A stretch of 57,195 bases of DNA from a virus, in the IMG/VR virus record IMGVR_UViG_3300045988_171585, positions 1 through 57,195 of that record, one strand, 5' to 3'. The position numbers and the translations under genes were made by a program. This document shows positions 28,871 to 36,955 of this stretch, one piece after another; positions within the stretch are counted from its first letter, which is position 1; every line of letters starts with the position of its first letter. The notes beneath the pieces were generated by a model, which was given only the letters and a program-made list of their open reading frames with translations, ran no database searches and was not told where the DNA came from.

Positions 28871-29317
28871 ATGATTCAAGGATACAATGAGAGTATTGTT
28901 AGTTTGCCTAGTAATTCCGCTCCGATTACATTAACAACAGATTGTATAAGAACTAGGAGTACTTATAATTGGTTGTGCCATTCACAAGGTTCACCAATAT
29001 ATAAAATAAAACAAGGTGGAAGATATAGAGTATCTTTTAACACAAATGCAACATCAGCAGCAACAGGTATAGTGGCTTTTGGTTTGTATGCTGATGGTGT
29101 TTTAGTACCAGGTACAACTGTTATTGCAGATGTAGCTACAGCGGGTAGTTATTACAATTTATCTTTTGATAAAGAAGTGCCTATATGTTGTGGGACATCT
29201 ACAACATTAACTGTTGCTTCTGTTCCAAGCGTACTTAGCGGTGCAACACCAGCTGCAACAGTAACGCAAGTACCTACTATTCAAAACACTAATTTGATTA
29301 TCACGAGAGAGTGTTAG
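28871..29317 (+). CDS. TNF/C1q-like beta-sandwich protein (BclA C-terminal/ExsF-like)
   Basis: Compositional and pattern similarity to exosporium BclA-CTD/BxpB-type proteins; Ala/Thr/Val-rich. Confidence 0.4.
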   Translation: MIQGYNESIVSLPSNSAPITLTTDCIRTRSTYNWLCHSQGSPIYKIKQGGRYRVSFNTNATSAATGIVAFGLYADGVLVPGTTVIADVATAGSYYNLSFDKEVPICCGTSTTLTVASVPSVLSGATPAATVTQVPTIQNTNLIITREC

Positions 29318-29325
29318 GTGATATT

Positions 29326-29769
29326 ATGGATAATATAAAAGAAAAAGTTGAAAAAATAATAGGTGATATGGGTGAAAGAGAACTAGAACCGAATGATATA
29401 GATATGCTTGGTAAATTAGTGGATATTCACAAGGATATCGCAAACGAAGAATACTGGAAGGAGAAGTTAGAAATGAGATACGGAAATTATAGAAGAGACT
29501 ATGATTACGATGATATGTCATACGGAAGAAGACGTAGAGATAGTCGTGGACGCTATATGAAATCAGGTAAAATGATGGATGACATGTATGATACATATAA
29601 TAAATATGACGAGTCAAGAAGTTATGGTGATAGAGGTGAAACCGCAAAATCTTTAGAATACATGATGCAATCGGCATATGATTTTATTTGTATGTTAGAG
29701 GACGAAGCAAATACTGATGAAGAAATGGACATTATAAGAAAATATGCCAGAAAAATCAGCGAGTTATAG
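29326..29769 (+). CDS. hypothetical Arg/Tyr/Asp-rich protein
   Basis: ORF. Confidence 0.45.
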   Translation: MDNIKEKVEKIIGDMGERELEPNDIDMLGKLVDIHKDIANEEYWKEKLEMRYGNYRRDYDYDDMSYGRRRRDSRGRYMKSGKMMDDMYDTYNKYDESRSYGDRGETAKSLEYMMQSAYDFICMLEDEANTDEEMDIIRKYARKISEL

Positions 29770-30118
29770 ATATTACAATAATAATCCGAAACACTTGCTG
29801 ACCGATGATTGTGTTTTGAGATCCTTATCTGTAGCTGAGGGTATAAGTTGGAATGAGTGTCAACGAAAATTAAGTTACTTATCGGCTACAGAAGGATTAA
29901 TATTAAACGACGTGGAATTTGTTGAAAATTATTTAGATGAACGATACCCAAGAAAATGTTATAGAGATATGACTATTGGAGAATTTGCCAGTGTTTGCCC
30001 AAAAGGAAACTTTGTTGTTACAACAGATGGTCATATAACGGCAATTATAAATAACATCATAGTAGATACTTGGGATTGTTCTAATAAAATAATGAAATGT
30101 TGCTGGCAAATAAAATAA
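29744..30118 (+). CDS. hypothetical Cys-containing protein
   Basis: ORF followed by terminator. Confidence 0.45.
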   Translation: MPEKSASYRYYNNNPKHLLTDDCVLRSLSVAEGISWNECQRKLSYLSATEGLILNDVEFVENYLDERYPRKCYRDMTIGEFASVCPKGNFVVTTDGHITAIINNIIVDTWDCSNKIMKCCWQIK

Positions 30119-30120
30119 AT

Positions 30121-30150
30121 AAGCCCCCTTATTTAAGGGGCTTTTCTTTC
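30121..30150. terminator. Bidirectional rho-independent terminator
   Basis: agcccc ttatttaa ggggct flanked by A and T runs. Confidence 0.65.
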
Positions 30151-30251
30151 GATTTAAGAGACTTTAATCTTTTCGGCTATAACTATACTATTTTTATATT
30201 TTCATTAAGCCTCGCTTACAGGATTAAACGAGACAACAAAAAAGAACTAGA

Positions 30252-30506
30252 TTAACTAGTTCTCTTTAAATAATCATACACTTTGGATAATACTTTTTTC
30301 ATATCGTACGTATACTTAAAATCAGATACCCCGAGTTGTAGTGAAGAATAAGTTCGTGTATAATCTTTATTTAAATAGAGTAATAAGTTGGTTTCATAAT
30401 CGCATAAGTGCATATCTTTGCATAACTCAACAACACTGTTATAGCAGATGCTTTTTATATATCGTTTTGTATAAAGATAATCCTTTTTATCCATAATATC
30501 CCTCAC
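30252..30506 (-). CDS. hypothetical protein
   Basis: ORF. Confidence 0.5.
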   Translation of the reverse strand: MRDIMDKKDYLYTKRYIKSICYNSVVELCKDMHLCDYETNLLLYLNKDYTRTYSSLQLGVSDFKYTYDMKKVLSKVYDYLKRTS

Positions 30507-30664
30507 AATCTTATTATATTACTTTTAAAACATAAATTAATTAGGAATAAATGTTAAAAAAGTTAGGAATATAATAGCATAATTTGTGTTAGTTTGAGTA
30601 TATATAAAATCGTAAATCTCGTAAATTTTCGTAGATATTCGTAATTATTGGTCGAAAATAAACA

Positions 30665-30886
30665 CTACAAAGTATTTTGTAATGTTAATTTTGCTCTTTC
30701 TTGAAGAGTCTTTTTTCTATTTCTAACAGTACCTTCAGAAATATTTAATTCTTTAGCAATATTACAATTATTTTCCCCAAGTCTCCATAACTCGAATATT
30801 CTTTTTTCACCTCGAGCGATATTAAAATACATGGAATTTAATAAAAATGTATATAATGTTTCGTTTTCAACAATCTTATTTCCCAT
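30665..30886 (-). CDS. Sigma-70 region-4/ArpU-like late transcription regulator
   Basis: RIFELWRLGENNCNIAKELNISEGTVRNRKKTL. Confidence 0.55.
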   Translation of the reverse strand: MGNKIVENETLYTFLLNSMYFNIARGEKRIFELWRLGENNCNIAKELNISEGTVRNRKKTLQERAKLTLQNTL

Positions 30887-30909
30887 AAATTCCTCCCTTT
30901 TCGCTAGGT

Positions 30910-30938
30910 ATTATATCAAAAGTTGACACGAATGTCAA
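30910..30938 (-). promoter_or_regulatory. Consensus sigmaA promoter with palindromic operator TTGACAttcgTGTCAA
   Basis: Reverse complement: cttgacattcgtgtcaacttttgatataat; the inverted repeat at 30923-30938 overlaps the -35. Confidence 0.6.
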
Positions 30939-30958
30939 GTATAAAAAAAGATGAGCAA

Positions 30959-31315
30959 TTACTCATCCTTTAGTTTATCATAGCATTCTCTAATAAAAGC
31001 TTCTTCACTTTCAAAAAGTCCGTTATGAACACCAAGTCTATCTACGGCTTCATCGTAATCTGATAAAAATACAAATATACTTGCATACTCGTGTCTAGTA
31101 TGAGGAACACCTCTCCTTAGATCGCCAGCAAATCTACATACTTCAAATCGCCACTGTTCCATATCTTTTTTTAAAGAAGCGAGTTCATTTTTATCTATTT
31201 TCTTTTCCAAAGGTTTTATTTTTCTGTCTATAAGCTTATTTACAATCGCTGAAAACGCACCCAGTACACTTGATATTGTAAGTAAGAGATTTAAATATTC
31301 TTTAATATTTTCCAT
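30959..31315 (-). CDS. Membrane protein with BhlA/UviB-like N-terminus (holin-like?)
   Basis: N-terminal TM LLLTISSVLGAFSAIV followed by a charged coiled-coil. Confidence 0.35.
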   Translation of the reverse strand: MENIKEYLNLLLTISSVLGAFSAIVNKLIDRKIKPLEKKIDKNELASLKKDMEQWRFEVCRFAGDLRRGVPHTRHEYASIFVFLSDYDEAVDRLGVHNGLFESEEAFIRECYDKLKDE

Positions 31316-32115
31316 TACGCTTTAATTAAATTTCCGTTTTTAAGTTTATTTAATAGTTCAGTATTTTGTTCAGCTGAACCATGATAATTGTTTATTCCGT
31401 TTACTTCAGCAAGTCTTGTACGATAGTTGTAAGAACTATCTATTCCTATTTCGTTTAAAGCATCCGCAATTGATACGCCGGTGTATGATGTATTTGATAA
31501 ATAATCGTGTTTTGGTTTTAATAATTCATTAACCCTAGCTTGAACTTCGCCATATCTATCACCAAGTGCTTTCTTTCTATCATCACCGTTGCCATAGATA
31601 CCACTTATAACCTCTTGTGCTAATTCATCAATTGATTTTTGAGGTATAACCTCTTTAGTATATCTTCTAACATCTTCTTTAGATACACCAAAATATGAGT
31701 ATGGGTCTGTCCAATATGAACTATTACCTCTTCCTTCGTCGCCTTTATATGTTCCGTTTTTTCTATTATCTAAATGAACATAATTACCATCAATATTAGC
31801 AATACCATTTAATTCACCCAAGTCGTTAGCAACACAGCAAACAATACCTGCCGGTATAACTTCGCCATTTTCATCATAATATACACAATCAGCCGCTAAC
31901 CCTTCTGAATGACGACCAGCAAAACCTCCGATTTGTATATCATATGATGGGCATCTATATCCACTAGATATAATACATTTACTAGCATTTAATTTTGAAA
32001 AAATATGTTCCATTTTTTCAACTAGTTCTCTTTCAATTTTAATATTTCCACAATGCTGACAGACAAATTCTGTACTATGAAAATGTTCAGTTATTTTAAT
32101 TGAGTCCGTTATCAT
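31315..32115 (-). CDS. Endolysin: Peptidase_M15 (L-Ala-D-Glu/D-Ala-D-Ala peptidase) + CW_7 cell-wall-binding repeat
   Basis: SGYRCPSYDIQIGGFAGRHSEGLAADC M15 signature; ISGIYGNGDDRKKALGDRYGEVQARVNELL CW_7 motif. Confidence 0.8.
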   Translation of the reverse strand: MITDSIKITEHFHSTEFVCQHCGNIKIERELVEKMEHIFSKLNASKCIISSGYRCPSYDIQIGGFAGRHSEGLAADCVYYDENGEVIPAGIVCCVANDLGELNGIANIDGNYVHLDNRKNGTYKGDEGRGNSSYWTDPYSYFGVSKEDVRRYTKEVIPQKSIDELAQEVISGIYGNGDDRKKALGDRYGEVQARVNELLKPKHDYLSNTSYTGVSIADALNEIGIDSSYNYRTRLAEVNGINNYHGSAEQNTELLNKLKNGNLIKA

Positions 32116-32290
32116 TATTATTTCCTCCTTCTTTTTTAACAGATTGGGCTCCTAGAAAGAACCCTATTACAGTTACTACCACTGATTGTAATTCTTGTGG
32201 CACTGACGATTTAACCACAATACAATAAGCAAACAATAGCATAGTAATAACTGTTATGAACGATTTAATATCATCCCAACATTTCTTCAT
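32096..32290 (-). CDS. Holin
   Basis: 64 aa, two TM helices, charged C-terminus, overlaps the endolysin start. Confidence 0.65.
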   Translation of the reverse strand: MKKCWDDIKSFITVITMLLFAYCIVVKSSVPQELQSVVVTVIGFFLGAQSVKKEGGNNNDNGLN

Positions 32291-32347
32291 TTGATATCCT
32301 CCTTTTTATTTCTATCTTACTATATTATATCATATTTAACTTTTTCT

Positions 32348-32376
32348 GTAAAAATAGTTGACTTATATTGTAGAAT
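32348..32376 (+). promoter_or_regulatory. sigmaA promoter TTGACTTATAT-N-TATTAT driving a noncoding region
   Basis: Nearly identical (25 bp) to the minus-strand promoter at 55501-55529. Confidence 0.55.
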
Positions 32377-32399
32377 ATGATATTATTGTTTTGTGAGGA

Positions 32400-32955
32400 G
32401 AAATCTTCGCAAGTTTACCATTACAAATGAAACTAATACTTGCTATCTATTTTATAGGTAGCATAGAGTAGATAATTATCATAACCTGTTCTATGAGGTT
32501 GACTATATAAATCAATAGAACAATGGGAAAATATAGTCCTTATCTATTCTATGGTACTTATGAGAGTAAGTATCGAACTTAAACATATTAATTTCATGAT
32601 AATGCTATCTATTTTATAGGTAGCATAGAGTAAATAATATAACTCAATTGGTAGAGTGTGGAGCGTACGCAATTCTTAAAAACCAGGACACGAGAGTTAC
32701 AGGTTCAAATCCTGTTGTTATTTACTCTATGGTGCTTATAAATACTAGTAGTCTATAAATGTGTTCCATAATGGAGTAAGTCAAGTTCCACTTGATGTAG
32801 AAATCATCTTTATAGACAATAAGCACGGTTAGTAGGTAACGTGTTGGTTATTTACCCAAACGGGAAATAAGTATGAGCTGGTGAGCTAATATTTAAAACT
32901 AGTTGTGATTGGTTCAAATCCAATCCGTATTTGTTTCCCTAAATATTTACATATT
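32400..32955 (+). ncRNA. Candidate large structured ncRNA with two tRNA T-arm-like elements
   Basis: No ORF; promoter upstream; terminator downstream; 33-bp direct repeat at 32444 and 32607; GGTTCAAATCC T-arm motifs at 32699-32715 and 32908-32924 with pairing acceptor-like ends but no canonical anticodon arm. Confidence 0.35.
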
Positions 32956-32957
32956 AA

Positions 32958-32995
32958 AAAATCAGGATTTAATTATCCTGATTTTATTTTATTTC
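32958..32995. terminator. Bidirectional terminator
   Basis: aatcagga tttaatta tcctgatt with A-run 5' and T-run 3'. Confidence 0.65.
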
Positions 32996-33184
32996 TTCTT
33001 CTACATATAGTTCATTTAGTTTGTTATCATCAAAATTATCTGCTAGAAATATTATAGATGTGTAATAAGGTTTATGTTCTTCTTCATTTTCAGAAGCAGG
33101 TATATATAAATCATTTATATCTCTTATTTGTTTATTTTCATCTGCAATTAATATTTTCTTTTCGCCATATTTTCTTATTTCCAT
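32984..33184 (-). CDS. hypothetical protein
   Basis: ORF. Confidence 0.45.
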   Translation of the reverse strand: MEIRKYGEKKILIADENKQIRDINDLYIPASENEEEHKPYYTSIIFLADNFDDNKLNELYVEEEIK

Positions 33185-33194
33185 GATACACCTC

Positions 33195-33983
33195 CTAACT
33201 TACTGTCCAACCTTTTGTTTGAGCATTACTCAAAGCAGTTTGTCCTTCTTCCGAAGTTAACTTTGCTAGATTAGTGCTTCCAAGTACAACTTGCTGAGGT
33301 TTGCAACCTTTTGTTTTTATATCATATAAATTATTTAATATGTTTATTAAACTTTGTTCTGATAAGTTTGTGCAAAAATGAAAATCCACTGAATAATTAG
33401 AATAATTTTCTGCTTGAGTATTTTCATACGCCATTCCTACATCTTTTAAACCCGCTACTTTTTCTAAACGCTGTGCAAAAAATGCCCAGGAACCTATCAA
33501 TTTTGCATTTTTAAAGTCTAATAGTGGTATTTCTGTTATATTAGACTCCCCATACAAGAAACTTGTAAATGATGTTACATTTGAAGTATCAATTTCTTTT
33601 ATAGTTGTTAACTTACAGTTATAAAACATATAATTTGCACTTGTAAGTTTTGAACTTTGTTCTAAATCAGGCATGTCAACTGGAAAAGGAAAATTAGCAA
33701 ACATATAATCTCCAATGTTATCATTCACAGTTAATGGAGTTCTCCATTTTAAAAGAGTTTTGGCTACCCCCGATTCATTAAAATTTGAATACCCTTTCCC
33801 CCTTCCGATGTTTTTATCGAAATAATCATTTATATCAACACCTCCCTGTATGTTAGCAACTTTTGGAACTAGGGATGTAAATGTTTCATCATTTGTAGCA
33901 TCTACACCTTTTGCTACCAAATTTGTTACTAATGTTGATTTATCTGTTTGAAGTTGAGCTAAATATTCTGCAGTTGTAGCCAT
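33195..33983 (-). CDS. BspA-type leucine-rich-repeat tail-fibre partner protein
   Basis: MFYNCKLTTI/FxxCxNL LRR units; paralogous to 35660-36292; GW(T/S)V(S/T) C-terminus. Confidence 0.45.
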   Translation of the reverse strand: MATTAEYLAQLQTDKSTLVTNLVAKGVDATNDETFTSLVPKVANIQGGVDINDYFDKNIGRGKGYSNFNESGVAKTLLKWRTPLTVNDNIGDYMFANFPFPVDMPDLEQSSKLTSANYMFYNCKLTTIKEIDTSNVTSFTSFLYGESNITEIPLLDFKNAKLIGSWAFFAQRLEKVAGLKDVGMAYENTQAENYSNYSVDFHFCTNLSEQSLINILNNLYDIKTKGCKPQQVVLGSTNLAKLTSEEGQTALSNAQTKGWTVS

Positions 33984-35641
33984 TATTTACTCACCTCACT
34001 AACCGTTGTTAAAGTTGCCAAAATATTATTAATGTTTCCAACTTGGTCATCAACATATTTTTTATTTACAAATTGATCATCTGTCGTTGGGACCAGTGTT
34101 GTTTTAGGTAGTGTAGTGTATGTATGTGTCCCACGAATTGTAGCATTTTGGTATGTTGTCAAAATATTCGGGATACTTTTTTCAACATACCCATATGCAA
34201 CACTACTAGTGCTACCATCGAAAAATGTTATTGTATTATTATAAAATAAATAACCTGTTTTTATGCCAAGGTAATCACTAACAAACATAAAACAATTCAT
34301 GTAACCAGCTGTATTATAAGTTTTATCTGTGGTATATTCTATATATTTTACAGATGAGGTTAATTTGTAAATCCCCACATTTAAATTTTTGAGTATGACT
34401 GTTTCATCTGTTAATTCTATAAAACCATTCACAGAAGAACTAATTACATTATCATCCGATATCTCAATATTATTACCCGCTGTGTATGTTTTAGCATTAT
34501 CATCCACGTATTTCTTCGTAGCTGGGTTATAATCGGATGTTGGTGTATATTCTGTTGTGTTATTCTTAGTAATAAATTGTTCTAAATAATAGACAGAGGG
34601 ACTTCTGTTTAAATTAAAAAGTTGTAACTGATTTTGCGTAAACATCATAGCTTGTTTATTATTATAGTTAATACTCACCAATAATAATCTACCTTTCATA
34701 GCAGTTGCATTAAAGCTACCCGTGCCATACTTAAAAGTTGTCATATTTGGGCAGTGATAAACCCCGGGATTTAAATCTGCTAAAGCAACAACTTCATCTG
34801 TTAATATTTGTATTGTATTACCAATAACATTTAATGTATTATCATCAGTAATTTCAATTGCATTACCCGGTATTAATTTATCTTGTTTTGCCAATAATTT
34901 TTCATCGCTTTCTTCTTTAGTGTAATAATCTGTCAAATCAACTGAAGTATCACCGATATGTTCCCACGCACCATTAGCATAGACATACTCATCATATAAG
35001 TTCTGTTCACCAGGATTGTCCTTTTTAACAAGATATATTGTATCAGTCTCACCTGTTTCAGGAAGAATATCTACAACTTGCATTTTAACAGCTCCGGGTT
35101 CACCCTGAGGACCCTGTGGTCCTGGAGCACCATCTTTTACTTCGGTTCTTGTTGTCACACCTTTTTTATCAGTAAGAACAATATCAACACCATCTTCTAC
35201 TCTTTCGGTGGTTATGTTGAGATTATCCATTTCTTTTATTTTTTCATTAGCAGCATCAATCCACTCGGGATACTCATCTGGTATTTCTGCTGTGGCATTA
35301 ATTGCTTCTTTTACTTCTAAGTAAAACTTATTACTTTTAAATACTGGAATACCCTCGAGAGTAGCATCTTCAGTTACCCTAAGTTGAAGATATATTCTTC
35401 CTTCTTTTGTAAGAAGGCTAGATTTTATTTCTAGTTGATATTCTTCTCCGACCTGATTCATCTGAAGGTATCCTTTTTCAGTACCTCTTTCGTATTCTAG
35501 GTATGCCGTTCCTTTTGGGAAAGTACCTAGAAACTTAAATATAATTTTTCCTTGTAAGTTTTCATAACTTATACCAAGGACAGTTTCTTGTTTATAGACC
35601 ATACTGTTTTGGTCTATTTTAATAATCACATCTTTCATCAT
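33983..35641 (-). CDS. Tail fibre protein with collagen-like G-X-Y segment
   Basis: GAPGPQGPQGEPG; YTPTSDYNPATKKYVDD motif shared with 36294-36953. Confidence 0.6.
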   Translation of the reverse strand: MMKDVIIKIDQNSMVYKQETVLGISYENLQGKIIFKFLGTFPKGTAYLEYERGTEKGYLQMNQVGEEYQLEIKSSLLTKEGRIYLQLRVTEDATLEGIPVFKSNKFYLEVKEAINATAEIPDEYPEWIDAANEKIKEMDNLNITTERVEDGVDIVLTDKKGVTTRTEVKDGAPGPQGPQGEPGAVKMQVVDILPETGETDTIYLVKKDNPGEQNLYDEYVYANGAWEHIGDTSVDLTDYYTKEESDEKLLAKQDKLIPGNAIEITDDNTLNVIGNTIQILTDEVVALADLNPGVYHCPNMTTFKYGTGSFNATAMKGRLLLVSINYNNKQAMMFTQNQLQLFNLNRSPSVYYLEQFITKNNTTEYTPTSDYNPATKKYVDDNAKTYTAGNNIEISDDNVISSSVNGFIELTDETVILKNLNVGIYKLTSSVKYIEYTTDKTYNTAGYMNCFMFVSDYLGIKTGYLFYNNTITFFDGSTSSVAYGYVEKSIPNILTTYQNATIRGTHTYTTLPKTTLVPTTDDQFVNKKYVDDQVGNINNILATLTTVSEVSK

Positions 35642-35659
35642 ATCATCTCCTTTTAATCG

Positions 35660-36292
35660 TTATTTAAAAGTCACAGACCAACCATATGCTTCAGCAGATT
35701 GAAGTTGTGCCATAAAATCCGAATTTGCAGTAAAAGTTGTTTCTAGACTTTTTGCGAAAATAACAGAAGGTCTACCATCGGTAAGTGAAGATACATTGGC
35801 TAAATGACTTAATATTTTGCAAGCACTATTAACCGTCAATAATGGTGAATATGATAAATCTAAATCACCATGTGTAGAATCAACATAAGCTGCACCAAGA
35901 TTATTGAACCCACCCACATCAGTTAGATTAGCACATAAATGAAAAGCATCGGTCAAAATTATAACTTTTGAAAAATCTAAAAGAGGAATTTTTTTAAGAG
36001 ATGTAAAATTATATACAAATCTATTCGCATTTTCTAGTTTTGATGTATCTAATACTGGTAATTCTAAAATACGGTCTATAACTAATAAATTTGAAAGCTC
36101 CGATTCAGACGCACCTTCTGGTATACCAAAATAAGGTTGTTGTGTACCAATTTGAATATTATCAACAAAACTACTATATTCCCCTATCTTCTCATCACTA
36201 ATTAAAGTTTGTGAACCAAGTTTATTGTTTATTGAAGTTTTAAGTGCTTCTTTCGCATCATTTATTCTAGTTATTTCACTTGCAATACTCAT
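35660..36292 (-). CDS. BspA-type LRR tail-fibre partner protein
   Basis: FHLCANLTDV LRR unit, ...YGWSVTFK C-terminus; paralogue of 33195-33983. Confidence 0.45.
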   Translation of the reverse strand: MSIASEITRINDAKEALKTSINNKLGSQTLISDEKIGEYSSFVDNIQIGTQQPYFGIPEGASESELSNLLVIDRILELPVLDTSKLENANRFVYNFTSLKKIPLLDFSKVIILTDAFHLCANLTDVGGFNNLGAAYVDSTHGDLDLSYSPLLTVNSACKILSHLANVSSLTDGRPSVIFAKSLETTFTANSDFMAQLQSAEAYGWSVTFK

Positions 36293-36293
36293 A

Positions 36294-36953
36294 TTATATC
36301 GCCTCCAATTGCGTTGTTATATCGCCAATTGTGTTATTTATGCTTGTAATTTGGTCATCTACATACTTCTTAGTTGCTGGATTGTAATCAGAGGTTGGTG
36401 TATATGATAAGGTATTTGTTTTGGTTAGTACGTCGTTTGACATAACTATTAAATTCGGCATACTAATATTTAGCGTATTGATAGTAATTGTACCATCACT
36501 ACTTCTATCAAATTGCATCCAGAAATGACCAATTCGTACACTATCGCTAGGACCGAAATAAATTGCAGTTGGGGTGCCTGTATAATTTTTACCTGGTTTA
36601 TCTGTTACTTTACTAAAACTAACACTGAAAAATAATAAATAGTTGTCTGACCCAATGTTCACTTTATTAGGGTCACGGATCACAATAAACAATGTTTCTC
36701 CAAGATGACTATTCGCTAATGTGTTTAATTTAGGTATTACATCTGCAAAATCTACGGTGTTAGCACCAATGTCTAATGTATTAGCAGTAGAATTTAATTC
36801 ATATATAGTATGTCCTTCATATCCTAATGATAAAAAATCTTTTAACGCTTCTAATTTTGTATTTTTTGTTTCATTCCCATTTACAATTGGTAATAAATCA
36901 TTTAACGTAAGTGATGTCGCTTCTGTCAACTCACTTATTTTTTTTGTAGCCAT
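36294..36953 (-). CDS. Tail fibre protein
   Basis: LSYTPTSDYNPATKKYVDDQITSINN C-terminal motif. Confidence 0.55.
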   Translation of the reverse strand: MATKKISELTEATSLTLNDLLPIVNGNETKNTKLEALKDFLSLGYEGHTIYELNSTANTLDIGANTVDFADVIPKLNTLANSHLGETLFIVIRDPNKVNIGSDNYLLFFSVSFSKVTDKPGKNYTGTPTAIYFGPSDSVRIGHFWMQFDRSSDGTITINTLNISMPNLIVMSNDVLTKTNTLSYTPTSDYNPATKKYVDDQITSINNTIGDITTQLEAI

Positions 36954-36955
36954 AA

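Noticed and set aside
32633-32723. Possible tRNA (T-arm GGTTCAAATCC, 7-bp acceptor pairing, D-arm-like actc/gagt)
   Set aside because: No 5-bp anticodon stem with a 7-nt loop could be drawn in any register, so it is reported as a tRNA-like element inside a candidate ncRNA rather than a tRNA gene
32860-32932. Second possible tRNA (T-arm attgg-ttcaaat-ccaat)
   Set aside because: No upstream 7-nt segment pairs with the 3' acceptor strand ccgtatt, and no anticodon arm was found
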